A DNA stretch of 64,000 bases from an uncultured Collinsella sp. (GCA_959606495.1 CAUHJB010000004.1:12813-76812); one strand, 5' to 3'; counted from the first letter of the stretch, positions 28,841 through 37,801 are shown. Numbers and translations: made by a program. Notes: generated by a model from the letters alone, not told the origin.

Positions 28841-29005
28841 GTTGCGCGGTTTTCCAAACCGCGCAACGGCTCGACGCTACAAGCCCGCCAGAGCGGCAAT
28901 CTGCCTTTCAACTTCGGCGGCATGACCAGAAGATCAATGTCGCCTTGTTTCAAGGCACCTTGCTCGCTCTGGCGGGCTTTCGCTGACATTGCCAAAACAT
29001 CGACT
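28841..29005 (+). repeat. Family C structured element, copy C1 (candidate ncRNA)
   Basis: Shares conserved blocks and three covarying helices with 51471-51640. Confidence 0.7.
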
Positions 29006-29013
29006 ACCCGCAG

Positions 29014-29109
29014 AATGAGCGTGGATAATCTCCCGTTTTTGGCTCGGTTATGACCTCAAAGCGGGAGATTATCCACGCTCATCCGGAAAGTGTCCAAATA
29101 TCCACGCTC
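29014..29109. repeat. Family A repeat array A1
   Basis: GAGCGTGGATAATCTCCCG (29017-29035), its inverted copy (29062-29080), and a further inverted unit GTCCAAATATCCACGCTC (29092-29109). Confidence 0.85.
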
Positions 29110-29208
29110 GTTCCCTTCGGATTGCATCGCCCGTGGCCGGCAGCCGGGCGGCGCCGGTCCGCGTGGCGGCGTATAATCGGCGGCAGATGACTTGGACGTT
29201 AGGAAACC

Positions 29209-31182
29209 ATGACCGAAAGCATGCAGCAGATGGCGCTCGACACGCTCGGCGCCTATTTTGGCTACACCTCGTTTCGCCCGGGGCAGGACCGCATGGTCGA
29301 TGCGATCCTTGCCGGTCGCGACGCGCTGGGCGTTATGCCCACGGGCGCCGGCAAGTCCATTTGCTACCAGGTGCCCGCGCTCATGCTGCCCGGTATCACC
29401 TTTGTGGTGAGTCCGCTGCTGTCGCTTATGGAGGATCAGACCCGTGCGTTGCTCGCGGCGGGTGCGCGACCCAGCTATCTCAACTCCAGCCTTACGCCGG
29501 CTCAGCAAAATACCGTGCTCAAACGTGCTCGTGAGGGGCGCTACCAGCTTATGTACGTGGCGCCCGAGCGCCTGCTCGAGCCGCGCTTTTTAGCCTTTGC
29601 GCAGGAGGCCGCGGCGGACGGCGGCATCGGCGTGCCGCTCGTGGCCATTGACGAGGCCCATTGCGTGAGCCAGTGGGGCCAGGATTTCCGCCCCGCCTAT
29701 CTGCAGATTCGCGAGTTCATCGATTCCCTGCCGCGGCGCCCCATCGTGGCGGCCTTTACCGCTACGGCGACCGAGCGCGTGCGCACGGACATTCAGCAGA
29801 TGCTCGGTCTGCAAAACCCTGCGACGGTGGTGACGGGCTTCGATCGCAAGAACCTCTACTTTGGCTGCGAGGAGATGGGCGACAAGGCCAAGGCCGCGTG
29901 GGTGCGCGACTATGTGATCGCGCATTCGAGCGAGAGCGGCATCGTGTATTGCTCGACCCGCAAGACCGTCGATGCGCTGGCAGGAGAGCTTACCGAGGCT
30001 CTGGGCCCCAGCGGCATTCGCGTGGGCCGCTACCATGCCGGCATGGGTAATGACGCCCGCCGCCAAAGCCAGCGCGCCTTTATCGACGACGATATTCAGG
30101 TGATGGTTGCCACCAACGCCTTTGGCATGGGCATCGACAAGCCCAACGCGCGCTACGTGATCCACAACAACGTGCCCGAGAGCATCGAGGCCTACTACCA
30201 AGAGGCGGGACGCGCCGGCCGCGATGGCGATCCGGCCAGCTGTCACCTGCTGTGGAACGGAAACGATTTTCGAATGCGTCGCTTCTTGATCGACCGCGGC
30301 GATGCGGCCGACGAGGCGCTCGACGACGAGCAACGCGCGTGGGCGCTCCAAAATCGATATCGCCTGCTCAGCCAGATGGAGGGCTACTGCAATACCACCG
30401 GCTGTCTGCGCGAATACATGCTGCGCTACTTTGGCGACGAGGCTGCAGCCGAGCATGCGGCTGCGGGCGGCGCCGCCACGGACGACGCCGAGGGCTGCGG
30501 CAACTGCAGCAACTGCCTCACGCAGTTCGAGGTCGAGGACGTCACCGATATGGCCCGCGCTGCCGTGCGCTATGTGGCCACGCGACCCATGCGCTTTGGC
30601 AAGTCGCTCATTGCCGATGTGCTTCACGGCGGCAACACCGAGCGCATTCGCCAGATGCATCTGGACGAGGACCGCGGCTACGGTGAGCTGTCGAGCGAAT
30701 CGGTCGGGCGCATCAAGGACATCATCGGCCAGCTGTGCGGCCGCGGTTATTTGGCCACCTCGCAGGGGCAATACCCGGTCGTGGGGCTGGGACCGCGTGC
30801 CGGCGAGGTCGAGGACGAGGCGTTTGCCTTTACCGTTAAGCGCCGCGCGTCCAAGCGCAAGGCCTCGGCACGCGCCCGCCGTGCGGTGGATCTGCTGCGC
30901 GAGGAGGCCGAGCTGGATCAGCGCCCGCGCGTTGGCGACGATGCCGAGCTGTTCGAGCGCCTGCGCGCCCTGCGCAAGGAAATCTCGACCGAGCTCGAGA
31001 TGGCGCCGTACATGGTCTTTTCCGACAAGGCCCTGCGCGGCCTGTGCCGCCTGCGCCCGCAGACGCGCGACGAGCTTATCCAGGTCAACGGCATCGGCGA
31101 GAAAAAGGCCGACGCCTTTGGCGAGCAGTTTATGGCGGCGATTGAAGAGTTTGAGTCCGAGCATGCGCGGGATGGAGCGTAA
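29209..31182 (+). CDS. recQ: ATP-dependent DNA helicase RecQ
   Basis: PTGAGKS, DEAHCVSQWGQDFRPAY, RecQ-Ct zinc cysteines, C-terminal HRDC (FERLRALRKEIS..MVFSDKALRGL). Confidence 0.92.
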   Translation: MTESMQQMALDTLGAYFGYTSFRPGQDRMVDAILAGRDALGVMPTGAGKSICYQVPALMLPGITFVVSPLLSLMEDQTRALLAAGARPSYLNSSLTPAQQNTVLKRAREGRYQLMYVAPERLLEPRFLAFAQEAAADGGIGVPLVAIDEAHCVSQWGQDFRPAYLQIREFIDSLPRRPIVAAFTATATERVRTDIQQMLGLQNPATVVTGFDRKNLYFGCEEMGDKAKAAWVRDYVIAHSSESGIVYCSTRKTVDALAGELTEALGPSGIRVGRYHAGMGNDARRQSQRAFIDDDIQVMVATNAFGMGIDKPNARYVIHNNVPESIEAYYQEAGRAGRDGDPASCHLLWNGNDFRMRRFLIDRGDAADEALDDEQRAWALQNRYRLLSQMEGYCNTTGCLREYMLRYFGDEAAAEHAAAGGAATDDAEGCGNCSNCLTQFEVEDVTDMARAAVRYVATRPMRFGKSLIADVLHGGNTERIRQMHLDEDRGYGELSSESVGRIKDIIGQLCGRGYLATSQGQYPVVGLGPRAGEVEDEAFAFTVKRRASKRKASARARRAVDLLREEAELDQRPRVGDDAELFERLRALRKEISTELEMAPYMVFSDKALRGLCRLRPQTRDELIQVNGIGEKKADAFGEQFMAAIEEFESEHARDGA

Positions 31183-31184
31183 CG

Positions 31185-31940
31185 ATGGCAACCGACGATA
31201 AAACCGACCGCGCTGGCGTATCCGCCGTGCCGCTGTACCAGCAGGTCATGGACGACCTGAAGGGCGAGATCGCGCGCGGCGTGTACGCGGCCGGCTCGCG
31301 CATTCCTTCCGAGATGGAGCTCGCGAAGTCCTACGGCGTGGGGCGCATCACCGTACGCCGTGCCATCGAGGAGCTGTCGCGCGCGGGCTACCTCAACCGC
31401 CAGCAGGGGAGGGGCACCTTTGTATGCGCTCCCAAGCTCAAGCGCAAGATTCGCCAGAAGGGCGACGTCCAGAGCTTTACTGAGGGTTGTGCTGCCAACG
31501 ACATGGTGCCCGGAGCGCGCCTGGTATCGCGCACGGTGGTCGCGGCGACGCACGAGGATGCGGCGTTCTTTGGCGTGGAGCCCGGCTGCGAGCTTATCGT
31601 GGTCGAGCGCGTGCGCACGGCCGACGGCATCCCCGTCATGCTTGAGAACAACGCCTTTGTGCTCGCCGACCATCCCTACTTGCAGACGCTGGCCGATAAG
31701 GACCTCACCGATAACTCAATCTTTGCGCTCGTTGCCGAGCACTCGGGCCGCGCGCCGCTCAAGTCCGACCCCTGCACCGTGGAGATTGCGCTTGCCGATG
31801 CTCAGGTGGCCCCGCTGTTGGAGGTGCCGGTCGGCGAGCCGCTCTTTTATATGGAGGCGTACTTTACCGATGCGGACGAGCGGCCCTTGCTGCTCGGGCG
31901 CCAGAAGATAGTGGGCTCGCGCTACGTCTTCGACATCTAA
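31185..31940 (+). CDS. GntR family regulator, HutC/UTRA subfamily (paralog 3)
   Basis: LYQQVMDDLKGEIARGVY..IPSEMELAKSYGVGRITVRRAIEEL. Starts 2 nt after the recQ stop. Confidence 0.88.
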   Translation: MATDDKTDRAGVSAVPLYQQVMDDLKGEIARGVYAAGSRIPSEMELAKSYGVGRITVRRAIEELSRAGYLNRQQGRGTFVCAPKLKRKIRQKGDVQSFTEGCAANDMVPGARLVSRTVVAATHEDAAFFGVEPGCELIVVERVRTADGIPVMLENNAFVLADHPYLQTLADKDLTDNSIFALVAEHSGRAPLKSDPCTVEIALADAQVAPLLEVPVGEPLFYMEAYFTDADERPLLLGRQKIVGSRYVFDI

Positions 31941-32084
31941 CGTCCATAGATAGAACAACATAGAACAAATTTGCCGAGATGACTTCACGGGCGTCGTCGT
32001 GCGTGCTATAAATAGGACAACATAGAACGACCGCAGGTACGGGCTGTCGTCGTTTAAAGCCGCCCCACAAGGAGGAACATCAGG

Positions 32085-33053
32085 ATGAACGCACATGATC
32101 TGATTCAGGAAATCATCGAGCGCAAAGGCAAGATCGAGAACGTCTTTTGGATCGCCTGCGGCGGTTCGATGATCGACCTGATGCCGGCCAACGAGCTGCT
32201 CAAGCGCGAGGCCACCACGTTTACCTCGACGGTCTACACGGCGCGCGAGTTTTGCCTGATGGCCCCCAAGAGTCTTGGCGAGAAGTCGCTCGTCATCGCT
32301 TGCAGCCACAGCGGCAACACGCAGGAGGTCGTCGACGGCTGCGAGATGGCGCTGGCCGCCGGCGCCGAGGTCGTCGCCCTCACCGACTGCGAGGGCTCCA
32401 AGATCGATAACGGCAAGTGGACCACCTGGGTCTACCCTTGGGGCGAGGGCGTGTCGCAGGCCGAGGTGCCGCAGGGCATCGGCGCCCTGATCGCCGCCGA
32501 GCTGCTCGACCAGCAGGAAGGCTACGAGGCGCTCGCCGACATGTACGAGGGCCTTAAGCAGATGGATGTGCTGCTGCCCGCCGCCCGCGAGAAGGTCAAC
32601 GCCGAGCTGGGCGCCCGCTTTGCCGAGCTCTGCCAGCAGCACAAGTTCTTCTATATCCTGGGGTCCGGCCCCAACTTTAGCCAGACCTACGCCATGGCCA
32701 TCTGCTCGCTCATGGAGATGCAATGGCAGCACTGCTGCTACATCCACTCCGGCGAGTACTTCCACGGCCCGTTCGAGGCCACCGAGCCCGGCGTGTTCTA
32801 CTTTGTGCAGCTCGGATCGGGCGAGTGCCGCCCCATGGAGGAGCGCGCCCTTGCGTTCCTCAACACGCACACCGACACGATTATGGTGCTCGATGCGCTC
32901 GAGTACGGCGTGGGCGAGGTACCTGCCAGCGTGCGTTCGTTCCTAGAGCCGATCTTCTTCTACGCGATGAGCTGCGAGCTGCGTGCCGCCCGCGGCAAGG
33001 TGTTCGACCACAGCCCCGAGTTCCGCCGCTACATGGGCATCGAGCAGTACTAA
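32085..33053 (+). CDS. SIS-domain FrlB-like protein (paralog 3)
   Basis: ACGGSMIDL and CSHSGNTQEV SIS motifs, C-terminal RRYMGIEQY. AAGGAGGA SD. Confidence 0.8.
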   Translation: MNAHDLIQEIIERKGKIENVFWIACGGSMIDLMPANELLKREATTFTSTVYTAREFCLMAPKSLGEKSLVIACSHSGNTQEVVDGCEMALAAGAEVVALTDCEGSKIDNGKWTTWVYPWGEGVSQAEVPQGIGALIAAELLDQQEGYEALADMYEGLKQMDVLLPAAREKVNAELGARFAELCQQHKFFYILGSGPNFSQTYAMAICSLMEMQWQHCCYIHSGEYFHGPFEATEPGVFYFVQLGSGECRPMEERALAFLNTHTDTIMVLDALEYGVGEVPASVRSFLEPIFFYAMSCELRAARGKVFDHSPEFRRYMGIEQY

Positions 33054-33143
33054 GTACCGGGAATTATCTTTTTTGACGGGGTCTGCGCTGCGCGCGGGCC
33101 CCTTTTTTGCGTTGTGGCGGCCGGATTCGTGTCTGCGCGAAAA

Positions 33144-33325
33144 CGAAGGTGAATACTTTTCCGCGAAGTGAACGACCTATTTTGGACCCCCGAAGCATCC
33201 ACACTTTTTGGTGCCAAAACCGCAGGAAAAACTCGGCGAAACCGCAGGAAACGGCGTCTTAAAAGTGTCGATGCTTTGGGGGCTCGTTTTTGCTCGTTCA
33301 CTTCGCGGAAAAGTATTCACCTTCG
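33144..33325. repeat. 182-bp palindromic element with perfect 32-bp terminal arms
   Basis: CGAAGGTGAATACTTTTCCGCGAAGTGAACGA (33144-33175) is the exact reverse complement of 33294-33325. A second imperfect arm pair lies at 33185-33208 / 33261-33285. Confidence 0.9.
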
Positions 33326-33432
33326 ATTCGCAAGGGCACTGCGTGAGTCAAAAAAGCGGGCCGCACCGGGGATTTCCGGCGCGGCCCGCTTGGTATCGCG
33401 TTTAGATTCGCAAGGTTGCGGCAGCCTACGGC

Positions 33433-34410
33433 CTACTTTGCGTCGTAGGCCTCGGCATCCCACCAGTCGAGCTGGGCGATGTTGTCGCGGATGTGCTGGC
33501 AGCTCTTGTGGAAGCCCTCGAGCTCGTACTCGGACAGGTCGAGCGTGTAGACCTCCTCGACGCCCTCGGCGCCGATCACACACGGCAGGGACGTGAAGAT
33601 GCCCTCCTCGCCATACTGGCCGGTCATGAGCGTGGAGGCGGAAAGCACGGCGTGCTCGTTGTGCAGAACGGCAGCGCAGACGCGCGCGGCGGAGTTGGCG
33701 ACGGCGTACTCGGTGCACTGCTTGCCCTGGTAGGTCACATAGCCGCCCTTGCGCGCGAGCTCCTCGACCTCCATGTGGTCAAAGGCGTACTTGTCGGGGT
33801 TCTCGGCCTGAAGCTCGTTGAGGCTCTTGCCGGCGATGGTCGCGGCCTTAAAGGCAGCCAGCTGGCTAAAGCCGTGCTCGCCGATCATGTAGGCGTCGAT
33901 GGACTTGGGGCTCACGCCGACCTTCTTGGAGATCTCGGTGCGCAGGCGGGCGGAATCCAGACCGCAGCCCGAGCCGATGATCTTCTTGGGATCGTAGCCG
34001 GTCAGATGCCACAGCTCGGTGCACACGACGTCGCAGGGGTTGGAGATGCTCACGAAGATGCCGTCGAAGCCGGCGTCGACAATGCGCTTGGCAAAGGTGC
34101 GCGCGGCGTCGGTGGTAAAGAACAGCTCGCCGTCGCGGTTACCGGCGGCCAGCGCGACCTTGCCGGCGGCGTTGACGATGACGTCGCAGCAGGCCAGCTC
34201 CTCGTAGTGGTCGTAGCAGTTGACGATCTTGGTGTTGTACGGGACAAACGAAAGGGAGTCGCGCAGGTCCTGGACCTCGGACGTCACCTTGGCCTCGTTG
34301 ATATCGCACAGATACAGCTCGTCGGCAATGCCCTGCAGAAGCAGGCTGTTGGCGACATGTGCTCCTACGTGGCCCTGGCCGACCACACCGATCTTACGCG
34401 TCTGGTACAT
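33433..34410 (-). CDS. ldh: L-lactate/malate dehydrogenase family (probable L-LDH)
   Basis: KIGVVGQGHVGAHVA Rossmann motif and IGEHG catalytic-His motif. ATG at 34410 after AAAGGA. Confidence 0.85.
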   Translation of the reverse strand: MYQTRKIGVVGQGHVGAHVANSLLLQGIADELYLCDINEAKVTSEVQDLRDSLSFVPYNTKIVNCYDHYEELACCDVIVNAAGKVALAAGNRDGELFFTTDAARTFAKRIVDAGFDGIFVSISNPCDVVCTELWHLTGYDPKKIIGSGCGLDSARLRTEISKKVGVSPKSIDAYMIGEHGFSQLAAFKAATIAGKSLNELQAENPDKYAFDHMEVEELARKGGYVTYQGKQCTEYAVANSAARVCAAVLHNEHAVLSASTLMTGQYGEEGIFTSLPCVIGAEGVEEVYTLDLSEYELEGFHKSCQHIRDNIAQLDWWDAEAYDAK

Positions 34411-34621
34411 ATATGTATCCTTTCGGCCGAGTTTTTCGCGTCGAACCATTGTAGCCTCCTGCTATCACTTTGCCAGACTAAAGCGCCATAGATTTTTGGG
34501 ACATGCCGTAATCTCTACTTTTGGAGTGATTTGGGCCGCTGGCGGTGTCTCGGAGCGATGTACTCGCGCGGATGGGGCCGCTCGTTGTACCATAACTGCA
34601 ACTGACTCGTAAGGAGCATCC

Positions 34622-35548
34622 ATGCCCATTCGCATTCCCGACGCCCTCCCTGCCGCCGCGCAGCTCGAGAGCGAGAACATCTTTGTCATGACCGAGTACC
34701 GCGCGCTGCACCAGGACATCCGTCCGCTGCGCGTGCTCATCCTCAACCTCATGCCCACCAAGATCGCCACCGAGACGCAGATCATGCGCAAGCTCTCCAA
34801 CACGCCGCTGCAGGTGGAGGTGGACCTGCTGCGCACCAAAACGCACGAGGCCACCCACGTGAGCGCCGGCCACCTGGAGACGTTTTACCGCACGTTCGAC
34901 GACATCCGCGACATCCACTACGACGGCCTGATCATCACGGGCGCGCCGGTGGAGCAGATGCCGTTCGAGGAGGTCGACTACTGGCCCGAGCTCTGCCAGA
35001 TCATGGACTGGTCCACCACGCACGTGCACTCTACGCTGCACATTTGTTGGGGCGCACAGGCGGGGCTCTACCATCATTACGGTATCCAGAAGCACGACCT
35101 GCCGGCAAAGGCGAGCGGCGTGTTCGAGCATTATCTGGTGAAGCCGCAAAGCCCGCTGGTCCGCGGCTTCGACGACCGCTTCTATGCCGTGCATTCGCGC
35201 AACACCGATGTGCGCCGCGAGGACGTGGAGGCCGAGCCGCAGCTCGAGGTCGTGGCCGTGTCCGACGAGGTGGGGCTGTACATCGTCAAGTCGACCGACA
35301 GCCGTCGCTTCTTTGTCTTTGGCCACCCCGAGTACGATACCGACACGCTGCGCCTGGAGTACGAGCGTGACGTGAAGCGCGGACTCAACCCGGAGGTGCC
35401 GGCGCATTACTTCCCGGGCGACGACCCCACCGCCGAGCCGCGCAACGTCTGGCGCAGCCAGGCTCAGCTGCTCTACACCAACTGGCTCAACTATTACGTC
35501 TACCAGACCACGCCCTACGACCTGGCTCGCGCCGGCGAGGAGCACTAG
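34622..35548 (+). CDS. metA: Homoserine O-acyltransferase (MetA family)
   Basis: Classical [21 protein letters not shown]-terminus and [11 protein letters not shown] active-site Cys region. Confidence 0.9.
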   Translation: MPIRIPDALPAAAQLESENIFVMTEYRALHQDIRPLRVLILNLMPTKIATETQIMRKLSNTPLQVEVDLLRTKTHEATHVSAGHLETFYRTFDDIRDIHYDGLIITGAPVEQMPFEEVDYWPELCQIMDWSTTHVHSTLHICWGAQAGLYHHYGIQKHDLPAKASGVFEHYLVKPQSPLVRGFDDRFYAVHSRNTDVRREDVEAEPQLEVVAVSDEVGLYIVKSTDSRRFFVFGHPEYDTDTLRLEYERDVKRGLNPEVPAHYFPGDDPTAEPRNVWRSQAQLLYTNWLNYYVYQTTPYDLARAGEEH

Positions 35549-35591
35549 GCCGCTGTCGTGGCTGTGGCTGCGGCCGTGGCCGCCGCGTGAC

Positions 35592-35706
35592 GAGCGTGGA
35601 AATCCGGACACACGAGCGTGGATAATCGGACGTTTGCAACGTGAGCGTGGATAATCTCCCGTTTTTGGCTCACAAGGGGTCTCAAAGCGGGAGATTTTCC
35701 ACGCTC
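35592..35706. repeat. Family A repeat array A2
   Basis: Direct units at 35592, 35614, and 35643, and an inverted unit at 35688-35706. Confidence 0.85.
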
Positions 35707-36003
35707 ATTTTTTCTGCAGCTGCCGTACCGTCGGCATCATCACACGTTGAGTACATGCGGACTACATCGCAAACTAGGTAGTTTCGAGCCACAGCATATT
35801 TTCTTTCAATGAAGTCGGTGGCTTTTGAGGCTCAAAATGTGGAGACAGGGACCTCTCGACAACCGTTCTACCTGCAGATATAAGCCATTGGCCTAAAACA
35901 TCCAAAACCGTCAGGCATTTGGTCAGCATCTGGACAGCATTTGGTCAGACTTCGCATGAAACCGTCTGGTACGTTTGCGCCGTTCCAAGAGTTTGGGGGC
36001 GAC

Positions 36004-36966
36004 ATGGCAAACATGACGGCGAATCAAAGACTCACAAGTCACATTGAAGCATGCGAGCAGCAGATGAGCTGCGTGTACGCGCGCACGACGGCGGAGGCAA
36101 AGCAGATTGAACGGCGGGTGGCGGCGGGAAGTCTCAAGGTGGTCATGCCGGGACTGTATGCGCATCCGGAATACTGGTCCGAGCTCAAGTTTCGGCAGCG
36201 TTATCTGCATCGGGTGCGGGCGCTTGCGCAAAAGCACCCCGACTGGACGTTTTGCTCCTATACGGCGGCCGTTGTCTATGGCCTTTCGGTTTCGCATGCC
36301 AATTTGACGCACATCCATATCGCCGCGATGCCGGCGCAATCGACGACGCCAGGCTCTCAAGTCGTTCGCCATCGGTATGCTTATCGGACACGGGCCAGCG
36401 AGATGGATATTGCCGTGACCGATATCGATCAAACGATTGCGGATTGCCTGGTCGATGCATCGTTTGTCGAAGGGCTGATCATTGCGGACTCGGCGCTCCA
36501 TGAGCAGCTTTTGTCGAATGAGCATCTTGTTGAGACGGTCGACAGGCTTGGCTTGAATCGTCGCGGTGTTGTGACGGCGCGCAGGGTCGCGCGGTGTGCC
36601 GACGGCTTGTCGGAAAACGGCGGCGAGTCCAAGGCGCGTGCGCTGATGATCGAGCACGGCTGGCAGGTTCCGGAGCTGCAAGTTGAGCTGTTCGATCCGG
36701 TTGAGCCGGGAAGGCCGTATCGCGTTGACTATTTGTGGCGCGTGGGTGACCGGTTGATTATTGGGGAGTTCGACGGATTCGTTAAAAGCGAGAAGGCGGC
36801 GGAGGAGGGCAAGCTCGCAAAGGCGCAATTTGACGAGCGCCAGCGTGAGTCGAGGCTTTCGATGCTCGATAACTGCAAGATTGTGCGCTTGTGCTGGGAT
36901 GACCTAAGGGATCCGACAAAGCTCGATCGTAAGCTCAAGGTTGCCGGCGTGCCGCGTGCCTGCTGA
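36004..36966 (+). CDS. Hypothetical protein with a C-terminal Vsr/DUF559-like endonuclease-fold region
   Basis: Lower-GC ORF. C-terminal pattern RVDYLW..IIGEFDGFVKSEK is typical of DUF559-like proteins. Confidence 0.55.
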   Translation: MANMTANQRLTSHIEACEQQMSCVYARTTAEAKQIERRVAAGSLKVVMPGLYAHPEYWSELKFRQRYLHRVRALAQKHPDWTFCSYTAAVVYGLSVSHANLTHIHIAAMPAQSTTPGSQVVRHRYAYRTRASEMDIAVTDIDQTIADCLVDASFVEGLIIADSALHEQLLSNEHLVETVDRLGLNRRGVVTARRVARCADGLSENGGESKARALMIEHGWQVPELQVELFDPVEPGRPYRVDYLWRVGDRLIIGEFDGFVKSEKAAEEGKLAKAQFDERQRESRLSMLDNCKIVRLCWDDLRDPTKLDRKLKVAGVPRAC

Positions 36967-36993
36967 GACGGTTACAGGGTGTTAGGCTGCACG

Positions 36994-37159
36994 AGCGTGG
37001 AAATCCGGACGGATGAGCGTGGGAATTTAGACGTGATTTGGTTGAGCGTGGATTTTCGGACACACGAGCGTGGATTATCGGACGTTTGAATAATGAGCGT
37101 GGATAATCTCCCGTTTTTTGCCCCCGAACAGGCCCAAAGTGGGAAATTGTCCACGCTCA
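36994..37159. repeat. Family A repeat array A3 (largest)
   Basis: Five direct units starting at 36994, 37016, 37045, 37067, and 37096 (spacing 22/29/22/29), plus an inverted unit at 37141-37159. Confidence 0.9.
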
Positions 37160-37186
37160 TTTTTGTGGGGTGCAGCGTGCCAGCCG

Positions 37187-37783
37187 TTAGGCGCTGATGA
37201 TGTGGGGTAGCGGCAGGTCGTGGGCGTCGGTGGGGATGTGGTCGACGCGCTGTTCGTCAAAGGCGATGCCGACGATTTGACATACGGGCGAGAGCATGGG
37301 CAGGTAGCGGTCATAGCAGCCGCCGCCGTAGCCTAGGCGCGTGCCGGTGCGGTCGAATGCTACGAGCGGCACGACGATCATGTCGAGAGCTTCGGCAGGC
37401 ACGATAGGGAAGCGGCTGCTGTCGATGTCCGTGGCCGCAAAGGCCCGCGTGGGGTGGGCGATAAACGGAGCCGCGTCCGCGTCGCCGGCAGCAACTGCCC
37501 GCATACACATGCGCTGGCCACAAGCTGCGGCGTCTGTTGCCGAGAGCATGCACGGATAGGCCACGCGCCAGCCACGTTTGGCGGCAGCTGCGGCAAACGC
37601 GGCTGAGTCGACTTCGGAACCCATCGCGGCATAGACGGCAACGGTGTGCGGCGCCGCGGCATCCAAGCGGCCCAGCAGCTCAACCAGCCGCGCACAGATA
37701 TCAGCAGACTTCGCCGCCCGCAAGTCCAAATCAAGAGCATCACGCCGAGCAATCACCGCCCGCCGCAACTCAGCCTTGTCCAT
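37187..37783 (-). CDS. 5-formyltetrahydrofolate cyclo-ligase
   Basis: MDKAELRRAVIARRDAL N-terminus, GYGGGCYDRYL motif, about 198 aa. Confidence 0.8.
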   Translation of the reverse strand: MDKAELRRAVIARRDALDLDLRAAKSADICARLVELLGRLDAAAPHTVAVYAAMGSEVDSAAFAAAAAKRGWRVAYPCMLSATDAAACGQRMCMRAVAAGDADAAPFIAHPTRAFAATDIDSSRFPIVPAEALDMIVVPLVAFDRTGTRLGYGGGCYDRYLPMLSPVCQIVGIAFDEQRVDHIPTDAHDLPLPHIISA

Positions 37784-37801
37784 CCCGGCTTCCTCTCCCA
37801 A

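Noticed and set aside
33050-33596. ORFs 33168-33596 (+) and 33050-33301 (-).
   Set aside because: The mirrored peptides (FTSRKSIHLRF on both strands) are an artefact of the 182-bp palindrome, and there is no SD.
34411-34621. Possible SAM riboswitch in the 210-bp leader of metA.
   Set aside because: I could not find SAM-I or SAM-IV core motifs or a convincing terminator or anti-terminator by eye. A covariance-model scan is needed before any claim.
36994-37159. Family A arrays as possible CRISPR arrays.
   Set aside because: The gaps between 18-19-bp units are only 4-11 bp and are themselves semi-conserved. Arrays end in an inverted unit, and no cas genes are present.
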